A stretch of DNA of 64,000 bases from Dehalococcoidia bacterium. GTDB taxonomy: Bacteria; Chloroflexota; Dehalococcoidia; UBA2979. The notes beneath the pieces were generated by a model. That model was not told where the DNA came from and made no database searches. It was given only the letters and a program-made list of their open reading frames with translations. The position numbers and the translations under genes were made by a program. The stretch lies in contig OZ244720.1 of the NCBI GenBank assembly GCA_965219085.1, positions 864,001-928,000 of the forward strand, in the 5' to 3' direction. Positions 14,303 through 25,650 of this stretch are shown here, piece after piece. The stretch's first letter is position 1. The number at the start of each line of letters is the position of its first letter.

Positions 14303-15571
14303 TCAAACTTCCGTGCTGCCGCGGGCGAGCTGTAATTCACCCGACACGAGGCGCGGTAGCAGTGCGTCCCGAAGATCAGCGATCGATCTTGAGAGTTCCG
14401 AGTTCGAATCGGACGAGGCGTAGAGAGGGTCGGTCAGGTCAGCGAAGCGGATGAGGACAGAGTCAGGCGGGACCGCGACGGCCTGCGCCTTGAGATCGCG
14501 TTGGGTGATGAGCGGCTGGGTTGAACCGCGGTTCAAGTTCGGCAAGTCTACCTCCCGAACGACCCCAACGAGCCAGCTGAACTCGGCGGGGCGGCTGGGA
14601 ATGATTACTAGAGTGTTGTCTGAAGGCCACACCGGGAAGCTCACGCGGTGCACGATCCCGAGAGTTCCGACACGCCCGGTGATTATGACCGGAGAAGAAT
14701 AGAGCGCCTCGTCTGCGTACGCCATCGCGCCGGCGCCCCCGAATATTGGGACGTTTGCAGTGGCCGAGGGCTGCGCGTGACGCTCGATCGGTCGTTTCCC
14801 GCTTGAGATGTCGGTTAGCTCCCCCAGCGCCTTCACCTCCCACCCTGCCGGTACCTCCCCCAGCTCCGACGCCTCGAACGATGCGGGGAACAGCGCGTCG
14901 AGGTCGGGCGGGAGGCCCGAGGGCCGGCCCTCGGCCTTCGCGCGCACCGGGTCGAAGTCCACGAACCACGACCGGAACAGCGCCCGCGCCATCTCCTCGA
15001 GCGTCTCGCTCATGCGCCGGTTCAGCTCGATCCGGTCGTCGAGCGCGCCGAGCACGCGCGCGATCGCGCGCTGCTCGTCTAGGGGCGGGATGCGGACCGG
15101 TATTGAAGCGAGGATTGACTGATTCAGAAGTGGCTGACCGGAGCCACTCCTGTGGTCGTTCAAGTTGAGGGCACGAAGGAGATAGAACAGAAACTTCGTA
15201 TTGTTCGTCGCGACCGCTCTCGAGCGAATGGCATTATCTGTTACCCAGCAAGACTCCTCGCTGTAGTGCAATGACCCGCAATAGCTTCCCACTCTTCCGA
15301 TAATGATGGTGCCTTCTGGAGAGTTTGCCTTGCTGGTAAACCCCATTACCCCATTGGCTCCGTACACGGGGACGGGCATCTGATCAGAGCGATCTGGACT
15401 TGTCGTGCCATTCGAGAAAGACATCACATCTCCGAGTGTCATCGCCTGCCACTTCCTCGCTGACGACTGACCTCCCTCAGGGACGAGTACTTGCAGCAGC
15501 CGACCAGCGTGAGCACGCTGACCGTCATCGTCTACCATTCGGCCGGTCCGACCAGATCCTAGATCTGTCAC
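14303..15571 (-). CDS. hsdS: Type I R-M specificity subunit
   Basis: Two TRDs (GRVGSYCG...GSGQPLLNQ and GRVGTLG...GSTQPLITQ), [10 protein letters not shown]...[11 protein letters not shown] conserved region, [18 protein letters not shown] overlap with the hsdM stop. Confidence 0.93.
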   Translation of the reverse strand: MTDLGSGRTGRMVDDDGQRAHAGRLLQVLVPEGGQSSARKWQAMTLGDVMSFSNGTTSPDRSDQMPVPVYGANGVMGFTSKANSPEGTIIIGRVGSYCGSLHYSEESCWVTDNAIRSRAVATNNTKFLFYLLRALNLNDHRSGSGQPLLNQSILASIPVRIPPLDEQRAIARVLGALDDRIELNRRMSETLEEMARALFRSWFVDFDPVRAKAEGRPSGLPPDLDALFPASFEASELGEVPAGWEVKALGELTDISSGKRPIERHAQPSATANVPIFGGAGAMAYADEALYSSPVIITGRVGTLGIVHRVSFPVWPSDNTLVIIPSRPAEFSWLVGVVREVDLPNLNRGSTQPLITQRDLKAQAVAVPPDSVLIRFADLTDPLYASSDSNSELSRSIADLRDALLPRLVSGELQLARGSTEV

Positions 15572-17124
15572 GCGCCGTACCCCAACGCCTCCAGGTTCGC
15601 CTCGATCTCCGCGTCGAGGCGCTCGGCCTCGGCGCGCTGCTCGCGCCACTGCGCGGCGAGGCGCGTCATCTTCTCCTCAAACGGCTCGCCGTCGTCCTCC
15701 TGCGGCGCTGCGCCGACGTAGCGGCCCGGCGTGAGCACGTGCCCGTGCCGTCGCACCTCCTCGAGGTCCGCCGACTTGCAGAAGCCGGGTACGTCGACGT
15801 ACTCGCCGGCGCCCTCCTCGCCGCGCCACGCGTGGTAGGTGTCGGCGATGAGCGCGATGTCCTCGGTGGTCAGTTCGCGGTGCGTGCGGTCGGTCATGCG
15901 GCCCATCGCGCGGGCGTCGATGAACAGCACCTCGCCGCGGCGGTCGCGGAACCGGCCGTTGCGGCGGTCGCGCGCCAGGAACCACAGGCACGCCGGGATT
16001 TGCGTCGAGTAGAAGAGCTGCCCGGGCATCGCGACCATGCAGTCGACCATGCCCTCCTCGACGAGCCGCTCGCGGATCTCGCCCTCGCCGCGCTGGTTCG
16101 AGGACATCGAGCCGTTGGCGAGCACGAAGCCGGCGATGCCCGCCGGTGCGAGGTGGTGGACGAAGTGCTGCACCCACGCGAAGTTCGCGTTGCCCGCGGG
16201 CGGGACGCCGTACTGCCAGCGCTGGTCGTCGGCGAGGCGTTCGCCGCCCCAGTCCGAGACGTTGAACGGCGGATTCGCGAGGATGTAGTCGGCCCGGAGG
16301 TCCGGGTGGCGGTCGTTGTGGAAGCTGTCACCGTGGGCGATCTGGCCCTCGATGCCCCGGATCGCGAGGTTCATCTTCGCGAGTCGCCAGGTGGTGTGGT
16401 TGGACTCCTGGCCCCAGATCGAGATGGGCGCGCTCGCCTTCCCGCCGTTGCCGTTCCCGGTCGCATGGGCTCGAATGAACTCGAGGGACTGCACGAACAT
16501 CCCCGAAGAGCCGCAGCAGGGATCGTAGACGCGGCCCTCGTACGGTTCGAGCATCTCGACCAGCAGCCGCACCACGCTGCGCGGTGTGTAGAACTCGCCG
16601 CCCCGCTTGCCTTCTGACTCCGCGAAGCGGGAGAGGAAGTACTCGTACACGCGCCCCAGCACGTCCCGCGATCGGGCGTCCTCGTCGCCCACGACGATGT
16701 TGCTGACCTGGTCGATCAACTGGCCCAGGCGCTGCTTGTCGAGCGCTGGGCGGGCATAGTCCTTCGGCAGGACGTCGCGCAGCGCAGGGTTCGCTTCCTC
16801 GATGGCGGTCATTGCTTCGTCGACCGTCTGCCCGATGGTCGACTGGCGGGCCTGCGCCTGCAGCACGGACCAGCGCGCCTCCTTCGGCACCCACAGGATG
16901 TTGCGAGCGAGGTACTCGTCGGGATGATCGGGGTCCGCGCCCTGGTCGCGCTCAGCCTCGAGCTGCGCGCGGGTCTCCTCGAAGGCGTCGGAGACGTACT
17001 TGAGGAAGATGAGCCCGAGCACGACGTGCTTGTACTCACCGGCGTCCATGCTGCCGCGCAGCGCGTCGGCCATCTCCCAGAGTTCGGCCTCGTAGCCCGT
17101 GGTGACGCTGTTGTCGCTGGTCAT
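15568..17124 (-). CDS. hsdM: Type I R-M N6-adenine methyltransferase
   Basis: [50 protein letters not shown]. Start at ATG 17124. Confidence 0.95.
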   Translation of the reverse strand: MTSDNSVTTGYEAELWEMADALRGSMDAGEYKHVVLGLIFLKYVSDAFEETRAQLEAERDQGADPDHPDEYLARNILWVPKEARWSVLQAQARQSTIGQTVDEAMTAIEEANPALRDVLPKDYARPALDKQRLGQLIDQVSNIVVGDEDARSRDVLGRVYEYFLSRFAESEGKRGGEFYTPRSVVRLLVEMLEPYEGRVYDPCCGSSGMFVQSLEFIRAHATGNGNGGKASAPISIWGQESNHTTWRLAKMNLAIRGIEGQIAHGDSFHNDRHPDLRADYILANPPFNVSDWGGERLADDQRWQYGVPPAGNANFAWVQHFVHHLAPAGIAGFVLANGSMSSNQRGEGEIRERLVEEGMVDCMVAMPGQLFYSTQIPACLWFLARDRRNGRFRDRRGEVLFIDARAMGRMTDRTHRELTTEDIALIADTYHAWRGEEGAGEYVDVPGFCKSADLEEVRRHGHVLTPGRYVGAAPQEDDGEPFEEKMTRLAAQWREQRAEAERLDAEIEANLEALGYGA

Positions 17125-17210
17125 GGCGTGTTCACCTCGGGGCCGGACCGAGCAGGTCTGCAACGGCATCGAGGCCGACGGATGTCGCCTCGAGCCGCTG
17201 GACGGACAGT

Positions 17211-18287
17211 CTACCGGTCCGGGCCCGGACCTCCGTCCCACTGCCTGAATTCCTCGGGCAGGATCGTCAGAAGCGCGTCCGGTTCCATCCCATACACGTC
17301 GTGGGTGCGCTCGAGCTGGTCGAGCACGCGGATCAAGTGGCGGAGACCGCCACGGCTGAAGTTGAAGCCACGCTTCTGCTGCGCACCATGCGTGTACAGG
17401 CGCAGGATCAACGGCACGATTCCGACCGAGTTGAAGACGCGGATGGCGCCAAACGACCTCTGTGCTATATCGCCCCACCACGTCAGGTCCTTGTCGAGGA
17501 GGAACCCCGCGCGCTCCCCCTGCTGTTCGTAGAGACGCCACGACCCCCAGAGGTAGTGCCGGAACCGCAGCTCGTACGAACGGGAGGCGCCATCCCGGCG
17601 ATCGACGACGAACGTCTCGTCCAGCGGCGACAACTGGACGGCGCCGTTCTCCCGGCGCGCCGTCTCCGCGAAGTAGAACAAGCCCAACCACGACCAGACA
17701 CCGGCGTGGTCGGCCACCAGGTGCGCGACCGGTTTCAGCAGCGGCTCGAAGTACTCCGCGACTTCTCGACGCGCCCGGAACGGGCGTCGCTCCACCTCGA
17801 TCTCACCGACGAACCGGGCCGCGTAGCGCTCGTCGTAGAGCAGATCGGGCGGCGGTTCCATCGCGCCGGTGGGGTCGTCGCGGAGGTCCGTGAGGAACTC
17901 GCGTGCACGCTCGATGCCGTCGGGCGTGAGCCGGCGCAGCCGCTGGCGCTCGACCCGGCGGGGCTGGCAAAGACCCGTCCGGGCGGTTTCGGCCAGCTCG
18001 TCGATCTCCCGCGACAACGACTCCCGGGGCTGTGACGGCGTGGAGGGGGTCTCGACGCCGAGGAGCTGGGCGGTGAGCACGTCGATGGCCTGGTTGATCC
18101 GGGCCAGCATGGTCGCCCGGCGCACCTTGTGGCCCGGCACACCTGCTGCCTCGACGAAGGCGCCCCATGCAGGTGTCCCGGGCTCTGCATAGTCCCGGAG
18201 GTTCACCCGCCGGGGTGCGCCTTCCTCCCCCAGTGCGTCGCGGATCTCGCGGAGTCTCGACAGCGCTTCGGGGCCGTGGTCGTTCAT
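17211..18287 (-). CDS. Hypothetical protein (gene C of the GHKL module)
   Basis: 358-aa ORF with globular composition ([26 protein letters not shown]). ATGA overlap with gene B. Confidence 0.8.
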   Translation of the reverse strand: MNDHGPEALSRLREIRDALGEEGAPRRVNLRDYAEPGTPAWGAFVEAAGVPGHKVRRATMLARINQAIDVLTAQLLGVETPSTPSQPRESLSREIDELAETARTGLCQPRRVERQRLRRLTPDGIERAREFLTDLRDDPTGAMEPPPDLLYDERYAARFVGEIEVERRPFRARREVAEYFEPLLKPVAHLVADHAGVWSWLGLFYFAETARRENGAVQLSPLDETFVVDRRDGASRSYELRFRHYLWGSWRLYEQQGERAGFLLDKDLTWWGDIAQRSFGAIRVFNSVGIVPLILRLYTHGAQQKRGFNFSRGGLRHLIRVLDQLERTHDVYGMEPDALLTILPEEFRQWDGGPGPDR

Positions 18288-19063
18288 GAGCTGCGGCCGT
18301 GCAGCGCGTTGTTGTAGGCATCGGCGGCGTCAAGACGAACGTCTGCGAACGCGGCCACCACGCGGTCGACCCAGCGGTTCGCGTCGGCGAGGTCGGTGTC
18401 CGTCGTCCCTTGATGCTGCAAATGAGGAGGCTCCGCGTCGGGGAGCAGTGCGCGGGCGATCTCGAACCATCCTCCCCATGGCCCTTCATCGTCGTCGGGG
18501 TCCTGGCGTTCTACGAGCACGACATGCGCGAGGATCGTTCGCAGCACATCCGGCATCACGAGCGAACGGAACTCCTCGTTGCTGCGAACGATCTCGCTGA
18601 TGCCTTCCACGGACGGGTTGATCAGCAGTTCGGGCCGGTCCATCCCGTCGCCGAAGTCGACGCGCCAGACCTCGTCACCCAGTTCTTCGCTCTCACGCAC
18701 CGGGAGAAGGGACCGGCGCGGTAACACCGGGCGAATATTCGGCGCGTGGCCGAGCAGCAGTCCCGAGCCGTCGCCGGCCACGACGATCACCCGGAACTGC
18801 GCCGAAGCGGGCACATCGGTCAGCTGCCGCTCCTCGTCACTGGGCGGCTCAAGGGCACCGGCCGTGCCGTAGTCCCACCGCTGGACTGCGTTACTGCGCC
18901 ACGCCTCCACGCGCACGCGGGCGCCGTCCGGGAAGCCATAGCTCGACAAGTCGAGGCTCGCGTCGAAGATCGCTGGGTCGTCGCCCTCGGGAGCGCGCAC
19001 GGACACCTGTGCGTGGTTCCGCGTGATCCGCCTCCGCCCCGTGCTATTGAGCCGACTCCTCAT
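18284..19063 (-). CDS. Hypothetical protein (gene B of the GHKL module), 259 aa
   Basis: MRSRLNSTGRRRITR...FRSLVMPDVLRTIL. ATG at 19063 overlaps the ATPase stop (ATGA). Confidence 0.8.
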   Translation of the reverse strand: MRSRLNSTGRRRITRNHAQVSVRAPEGDDPAIFDASLDLSSYGFPDGARVRVEAWRSNAVQRWDYGTAGALEPPSDEERQLTDVPASAQFRVIVVAGDGSGLLLGHAPNIRPVLPRRSLLPVRESEELGDEVWRVDFGDGMDRPELLINPSVEGISEIVRSNEEFRSLVMPDVLRTILAHVVLVERQDPDDDEGPWGGWFEIARALLPDAEPPHLQHQGTTDTDLADANRWVDRVVAAFADVRLDAADAYNNALHGRSS

Positions 19064-21039
19064 GAGGAACCGTCCCCATCCGTCGCGTCGTCGGATGACT
19101 CGACACGTTGCATGTCGACGATCACATCTCGATCGTCGAGGCCGGTCACGTCGAGACGCACGGCGTCGGCGAGGACCCGGAACCTGATCATGTTGTCCTC
19201 CGTGCGCTCGACCTCTGCGGAGCGCGAGAGAACCTCGACTTGCCCCGGTTCGATCGAGAAGTCCGGGACACCCCGTCTCGCGCCCTGATCGAACAGGCTG
19301 AACGCGTTGCCGCGGACGACGTCGTAGGCGAATCGCAGCGTCCACTCCGAGCCGACGAGGTCGGCTCCTCGTGGTGTGGTCACGGAGAACCCGGACTCCG
19401 TTCGGCTCGCATTCAGGACGGGCGGCGGGGGCGGCGGAGGTGGCGGTGGGGGAGGGCCGCCGCCCCGGCGGCCGCTCGGAGTGCGGCTGCGGATGTCCGC
19501 TGGATCGGCCGGGAACAGGTCCGCGAGGGCATCGAATTGCTGCTCGTCGGGTCGCTCGGCGAGGCGCTGCAGCAGCAGTACTGCCGCTCGCCTCACTTCC
19601 TGGACGCGGCTGTACCCGCCGACCCAGTGATCCTTGAGACGTTGCTCGTGCGGATCCCACGAGATGTGCGCCGGCCCCTCGGAGTCTCTGAGCAGGTGCG
19701 CCAGCTCCGACTCTCCGTCGACCACTACGAGAACTCGGGCCTTGTAGCGCGTGATGTGATCCATTCTGGGGATGCTGAGGTGACCGCGAACGAAGTAGTC
19801 GTGTCCGCTCGATAGGCCGTCGGCTCGCTCGATGTAGAGCCGGAAGCTGGTAGCCGTACGCTGCGACGTACTCTTCCTCTGGACCCGCGTCTCGAGCGTG
19901 AACGCCAAGCGTTCGCCGCGCTCGTAGCGTTCGCGCAGGTCTTCCAAGTCGAGCAGGTCCAGGGTGTCGTTCGTCCTTGTTGGCACTTGCAGTGTGACGT
20001 GCGCCCCGTCGTCCAGCTGAATTGCCCACTGTGCCAACCGGATGACTCCCGCGAGCGAGTCACGTGACTCCTCGTCGTGAGCGTCCTCACCGGGGGGCAT
20101 CGGGATGTCGACGACTTCGCGAGCGATCGTGTCGGCGCTGATGGTTCGCTGTCGCTCACCGGGCGCGCGGATCTCGACTGTGAGGTCGCCACGCACGATC
20201 GGCAAGAAGTATTGCGTGATGACCGCCCGCGCGATCGAACCGAGTGTGAGTTCTTGCTTCGGGTAGGGCACGATCACCGACAGGCCCGGATGGTCCAGCC
20301 TATCGAGCCCGAAATCCATGAGCGTTTGCAGGACGAAGTCGGGGTCGTCCCGGGAATTGATCGGGAGCGGGAGCCACTCGTCGTCTCGTGTATCCGTCTC
20401 AGCGGCCAACTGGCCATAGGGCGGGTGCTTCGTCCCGTTGACGGTGTGCGTCCTCAGTACCGCCATCCCCATGAGTAGCGTGTGATCTTCGCCTGCACGC
20501 CGGGTCGCGCCGAGGTACGCGTTGACCATCGAGGCATCCGGGAAGACCCACTTTCCCAACCCCCACGACCCGCCGGCGTCCTCGCCCTTGGGTGAGATCC
20601 CGATGCTCCGAAAGAAGCCCCAGAAGTGGTTGTCGGGCTCGTTCGCGTCGTTCGCCTCGATGTCGCCAGCAAGGCCGGTCGTGCCGAAGTCCTCGACCGT
20701 GACCCATGGCATCGGCCCGGCCAGGGAAGCCAAAGCCTCGTCGATGCTTTCACGCTCTGCAGCGTCGGCGCTCGGATCGGCCTGGATGTGAGGGGCGAGC
20801 TCGCCGAGATAGCGGGCAGCGGCATCTACACTGAGGGCGTCGGTCTCGCCGCTGAAGGTGAACCGCACCCTCACGGGTTCATTCCCTTGTCGGGCGTCCA
20901 GCGAATTCTGAAGCGACTCTCGGACAACGCGCTCAGAGAGATCTGAAGCGGAGGTGAAAAACTCACCCTGTACAGGATCCTGGTTGATCTCCGACGGCAT
21001 CATGCGCCGGAATCGCCATCGCGGTTGTCCCGAATCCAC
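19060..21039 (-). CDS. GHKL (HATPase/MORC-like) ATPase (gene A of the module)
   Basis: Bergerat motifs VVRESLQNSLDA, EDFGTTG, GGSWGLGK, PGLSVIV. Poly-Pro linker before the C-terminal domain. GGGAGG RBS before GTG 21039. Confidence 0.85.
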   Translation of the reverse strand: MDSGQPRWRFRRMMPSEINQDPVQGEFFTSASDLSERVVRESLQNSLDARQGNEPVRVRFTFSGETDALSVDAAARYLGELAPHIQADPSADAAERESIDEALASLAGPMPWVTVEDFGTTGLAGDIEANDANEPDNHFWGFFRSIGISPKGEDAGGSWGLGKWVFPDASMVNAYLGATRRAGEDHTLLMGMAVLRTHTVNGTKHPPYGQLAAETDTRDDEWLPLPINSRDDPDFVLQTLMDFGLDRLDHPGLSVIVPYPKQELTLGSIARAVITQYFLPIVRGDLTVEIRAPGERQRTISADTIAREVVDIPMPPGEDAHDEESRDSLAGVIRLAQWAIQLDDGAHVTLQVPTRTNDTLDLLDLEDLRERYERGERLAFTLETRVQRKSTSQRTATSFRLYIERADGLSSGHDYFVRGHLSIPRMDHITRYKARVLVVVDGESELAHLLRDSEGPAHISWDPHEQRLKDHWVGGYSRVQEVRRAAVLLLQRLAERPDEQQFDALADLFPADPADIRSRTPSGRRGGGPPPPPPPPPPPPVLNASRTESGFSVTTPRGADLVGSEWTLRFAYDVVRGNAFSLFDQGARRGVPDFSIEPGQVEVLSRSAEVERTEDNMIRFRVLADAVRLDVTGLDDRDVIVDMQRVESSDDATDGDGSS

Positions 21040-21170
21040 TGTTGACCCTCCCCATCCGTCGTCAGTGGGCAACCCTATGCCGTATCACGTACGGAGATCA
21101 ATGTCGCGAGCCTCGGAATAATGCGCGTAGTCGGCGGGCTGCGCCCGCGTCAGTTCATCGTGGTTCGGCG

Positions 21171-22993
21171 CTACCTGACTCCCGCCAATGCACCCTCGCC
21201 GGCCAGCGCCAGCACTTCGGTCTCCGCGTACCGCTTGAACGCCTCGGCGCTCGTGAAGTGGCGGAACCCGTGGTCGTTCGCGATCTGTAGTGTCTCCTGC
21301 TCCTCGCCGAGCAGCAGCGCCACCGGCTCGCTGTAGCCCTGTTGCAGGCCGTTCGGCCAGGCAAGGTCGAGGATGGCGAGCGGGTCGCCGGTATCCGGGT
21401 GTGCAAGTTCGTGCTCGATCTGGCCCTCGGGGAGTCCCTGGCTGCGTACCCAGTCGTTGATGGCTCGGAGGGCAGCCTCCTCCTCGGCGTCTTCGATACC
21501 GCCGGGGATCGTGGCCGGCTCGCTGGCCTTTCCTGCAGCCGCTGCTACCGGCTCCCCCGACTCGATGGCCGGGGCGCCGTGCAAGAGGTCGTCCAGGAGT
21601 GCGTTTGCGGCCTCGGCGAGTAGTCGCTGCCGCTCCTCGAGGAATCGCGGGTAGTTCTCCGTCTCCCAGAGCTCCCGGTCCATCGGTATCCATTGCGACG
21701 CGAGCGCGCCGGGGTGACGCTCCTCGATCTCCGGGAAGTACTCGGCTGGTGGGCGGTCGCTGATCTGGAGATTGGTGTCCTTGGTCAGGAAGCAGAAGTT
21801 AGCGACGGCGTTGACCTGCGACCTCTGGAAGCCCGCGCGGTACAGCAGCGCCTTCGGGAAGATGTGATGCACCTCGAGGGCGTTCATGCGGCCCAGCAGC
21901 GTGTGCTTGAGCGCGAGCCCCGTGCCCCAGTCCTGTGCTTCGCCGACGCGCGTGAGCGCGTACAGGACGGGGTAGAAGCGGGCCCCGAGGCTCCAGCCCC
22001 GGAAGTGCGCTGGCTCGACCCGGAGGCTCCCGTGCCAGAGCCTCAGTTGCTCGATCAGCTGCTCGATGCCGCGGTCGACGTCCTCGATCGCCTCGAAGTC
22101 CTGGTCGAGCACGGTCTCGGTCGAACCGGAGAAGCGGCCCCACATCGCACTCTGGAAATACCAGTAGAGCAGCCGGTCTTGCTCGGCGGCGCCATGTAGG
22201 TGGCCGCCACGACGGTCGATGTACCGAGACATCACGGGCAGTGCGTAGCGCCCGAAGAGCACGCGGTCGTGGTCGAGCCCAAACCGGCCGGCGATGAGGT
22301 TCAGGACGTAGTCGACGCGCTGTTCCGCGCGGGCGAGGCCCTCCCGGACGGCGTCGGTGGACGAGTCGTGGAGGTGCGCGAACCGCGCCTCGCCCGTCAC
22401 GATCGCGTTCACGTTGCGGAGCAGCCAGTCGAGGTTGAAGTCGTACCCACTCTCGCGCCAGCGCTCGAGGATCGACTGCATGCGCTCGCGCCCTTCGGGC
22501 CACGAGCCGCAGATCTTCGCGAGGGCGAGGTCACCCTGCGAGAGCTTCGTGCCGCCGCTGTTGACCCGATTGAAGATGTCCACGACCACTTCGATGGTCT
22601 TGTCGGCACCCGTCACCTCCTCGATGTGAAGGTCGATCTCGCGGATCCCGATGATGTTGTTGAGGCACCCGATGAACTCGCCCTGCATGTCGGCGAACTG
22701 GGGCAGCTGACCGAAGCGGGTGATGTGCTCTCCGAGCCCCGTGTGCCCCGCCTGCATCAGCTCGGAGACATTGATCCAGAGTGGATCGTCCCGCATGAGC
22801 AGCTGCTGGTAGAAACGGAACTCCTCGCTCCCGATGTGAAAGTAGAGGTCGGTGAAGGCTCGCGCGTTGCCGTCAAAGAAGTCCGGCGGCGCGCCCCGGA
22901 TGATGCCGTAGAGCGAAGTGATGCGCTGTTGCCCGTCGAGCAACAGCCGCACGACACCCGGCGCGAGCTCCTGCTCGCCCCGATGCCTTGCAC
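21171..22993 (-). pseudogene. GmrSD-like DUF262 + HNH nuclease, 5'-truncated
   Basis: LLLDGQQR, IFNRVNSGGTKL, LEVHHIFPK...ANFCFL...TN. An in-frame TGA at 23019-23021 leaves no room for the N-terminal QRxYxW motif of DUF262. Confidence 0.75.
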
Positions 22994-23685
22994 CAGGGCG
23001 AAAGCCACGAGCGCGGCCTCATCGAGGGTAGGTCGTCCGAACACCCCGCCGCCTCTCCGCGCAGGAAGCGATCAGCTCAACTCTTGATCAGGAGGAGCCG
23101 CACCACGCGCATGGTACCCACAGTAGCCACCTCACGCAGGTCGTCCGGCATTCCTATCCGCGCGATGCTCGGCCGCCCGGCGTCGACCGTCGGAGAGGCT
23201 TCCCAGCGCGGTAGACTCTCGGCTGGCTCCCCGGACTCGGACTCGCGGCCGAGGTCGCGGAGCAGTCCGCAGTGGCCCTGGCCGCGACGGCTGTCAGGAG
23301 TACGTGTGGTCATTCAGAGGTACCTCTTCCGATGGGAAGACGACGACGACGCGCAAGAGCACGGGCACGAGTGCCAGCAGGGCTTTGCGGAGTGTTCGGA
23401 AGAGTGCTTGTCGTGCATCGCCGATGCCGGCGTCGATCCCTGCCGATTCTGCTCTGCGGGCCAAGACGAGAGAAGCACCGCGCGCCCGCAGGAGCGGTGA
23501 CCGCGCACTTCTCCGCGCGAGGGCGGGCTGCGCGTCCTCCTTACGACGTAGCGTTGTGAGCACGGTTCGCCAAGGGGGGCGGCGTGTATGCGCAGCACGC
23601 GCTACGCCTCGCACGACTCCATGTAGTCGTTGAGCTGGGCTCCCCATTCACGGACCGCGGCGCGCGAAACCCGAGCAGCACGCCG

Positions 23686-25650
23686 TCATCCGGCTCCTCC
23701 GCGAAGTCCAGGGCTGGTCAGATCCCGGTGCGAAACGGGGGGTGTGCCGGGGACGCAGCTCCAAGGCTCGCGCTGCATGAGGGTACCGTCGGCGTCGGTG
23801 CCGGCCCAGCTGGCGCTGGCCGGCTCGATCTCGCGGCAATGCTCGATCTTCGCTGTCCTGACGCACTTCCCGTCGAGGACGTAGCTCGTGGCGGACGCGA
23901 CCTTGTGCATCGTTTCGTCCAACGCGATGCGATCGGTCGCGTACATGCCCATCCGCATTTCGTCATCCATCTCGTCGTCGAACGGCCGGCCAAACGCGGC
24001 TTCCGCGTCGGTAACGTCATATAGCAGCACGTGCTCCACGGTGTGGCCCTCGACGATCACGGCGACCCAGCGAACCTGCACGCCGCCGATCTCCACCAAC
24101 CGTTCGGTGACCGATGCCACCTTGCGCACGTCCCTCGGCTCGGGTTCGTAGACGAGGAGCCCGAGCACAAGCTCGTACAGGTCGTCCGCCATCGACGTGA
24201 TCTCATCAGCCATCGTGAGTTGCTCGCGCCACGCGGCCGGAATGCCGTCGACCCCGTAGTACGCCCCGGCGATCTGACCGTAGATCGCGGCAGTCGTATC
24301 GGCGTCGCCGCCGAGGTTCGCCGCGAGCAGGGCGCCTTCGCGGAAGTTGTCCGAGTGGTGGAACGCCCAGAGCGCCGCCTCGATCGACCGAACGACGTAA
24401 CCGGTGCCCCTGATCTCCGGCGGGTTGCGATTCTTGAAGGAGCCGTTGGCGATGCGGGCAATCGCCTCCACCAGCGGATGGCTCTCCCATAACCCCTCGA
24501 CAGGGCAGTAGCCAGCGGAGAGGAGCGTCTCCTTGCCGACGTCACCAAGCGCGCCGACGAGCAGGCCGGCGAAGTAGCGGCAGGCGTCGACCGCCTCCCG
24601 CGCCCCGTGCGTCGTCCGGGAACTATCTGCCGCCTTGGTGATGGCATCGGCCGGGTGGCCCCAGTAGTACATCGGGACCGGCGCAAGCCGCATGAGGGAG
24701 CCGTTCCCCGCGGTCTGCGAGTCCGTGGAACCGGCGTACGGGTCGGCGTCCCGCTCGAAGCGAGACAGCGCATCCCTCACCGTGGTCCCGATGTCGAAGC
24801 ACCGGCCTGTGGAGGACAGGTAGCCCTCCCGCCACCACCGCACGTAACGCTCCATCTGGTCGGTGGGGTCGAAGCCCTTCTGTTCGATCAGGCTTGTCGC
24901 GAGGCACAGTGCCATCGACGTATCGTCGGTCCACTGGCCGGGCTTCAGTCCGAACGGGCCGCCGCCGACCATGTCGTCGATCGCTTCGAACGTGCCCGGC
25001 GGCTGGAACTCGAGCGTGGTGCCGAGGGCGTCGCCCGCAGCCAGACCGAGCAGGCAGCCCCGGAATCGATCCAGTGTGGTGATCTCACTCATTGGGCTCT
25101 CCTCCGGTGAAGGCTCCGTCCATTCGCGGACGTAGCGGAACTGCTCGGATGTCTCGGGCGACTGCGGCTTGCGGCGGGCCTTCGCGACTCCCTGCCACCA
25201 CTCCGCGAGCTGTCTCAGCGCCTCGTCGCCCGTCCGCCCGTGCCGTACCAGCCAGCAGCCGACGACGGTGCCGGTCCGTCCGACCCCGCCCCAGCAGTGG
25301 AGGTAGACGGTCCCTTCTTCGTCCAGAGCGTCGTCGATGGCGTCGAGGATGTCGGCCATCTCCTGGGGGCTGCCGGGCACGCCCACGTCGACGATCGAAT
25401 GCCGCTCATGCGCGACGTCCATGCCAAGACCGTCGGCTTCCGCTTCGGCGATGTCGGTGTATGGCTCCAGCCCTTCGCTGGGCTCGGTCAGATCGATGAA
25501 GTGGTCGATGCCCGCGCTCAGCAGCGTGCGGAGCCTGGCTGCGGCCTCGTTGCGGTGCTTGTCGCCCGGGTACTCGCCGGCGGCGAAGCGGCCGGGGACG
25601 ACCCAGTAGCTGTTGGGGATCGGGCGATCAGAGCTGCCTGCGGGGTTCAA
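23686..25650 (-). CDS. Fusion of dual-specificity/tyrosine phosphatase + ADP-ribosylglycohydrolase (DraG/ARH) + unknown C-terminal domain
   Basis: HCWGGVGRTG (CX5R). GDALG, WTDDTSM, GNGSLMR, GGDADTTAAI. GGAGGT RBS before TTG 25650. Confidence 0.9.
   Translation of the reverse strand: MNPAGSSDRPIPNSYWVVPGRFAAGEYPGDKHRNEAAARLRTLLSAGIDHFIDLTEPSEGLEPYTDIAEAEADGLGMDVAHERHSIVDVGVPGSPQEMADILDAIDDALDEEGTVYLHCWGGVGRTGTVVGCWLVRHGRTGDEALRQLAEWWQGVAKARRKPQSPETSEQFRYVREWTEPSPEESPMSEITTLDRFRGCLLGLAAGDALGTTLEFQPPGTFEAIDDMVGGGPFGLKPGQWTDDTSMALCLATSLIEQKGFDPTDQMERYVRWWREGYLSSTGRCFDIGTTVRDALSRFERDADPYAGSTDSQTAGNGSLMRLAPVPMYYWGHPADAITKAADSSRTTHGAREAVDACRYFAGLLVGALGDVGKETLLSAGYCPVEGLWESHPLVEAIARIANGSFKNRNPPEIRGTGYVVRSIEAALWAFHHSDNFREGALLAANLGGDADTTAAIYGQIAGAYYGVDGIPAAWREQLTMADEITSMADDLYELVLGLLVYEPEPRDVRKVASVTERLVEIGGVQVRWVAVIVEGHTVEHVLLYDVTDAEAAFGRPFDDEMDDEMRMGMYATDRIALDETMHKVASATSYVLDGKCVRTAKIEHCREIEPASASWAGTDADGTLMQREPWSCVPGTPPVSHRDLTSPGLRGGAG

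Noticed and set aside
19420-19470. GGC/GGT-rich run as a phase-variable microsatellite
   Set aside because: Mixed Pro codons encoding a poly-proline linker, not a pure repeat tract.
21171-22993. SspE / phosphorothioate system
   Set aside because: No sspBCD or dnd genes nearby. DUF262-HNH alone fits a generic GmrSD-like nuclease.
23045-23685. Short ORFs between the ARH fusion and the DUF262 gene
   Set aside because: Low-complexity translations with no motifs. Probably degraded sequence.
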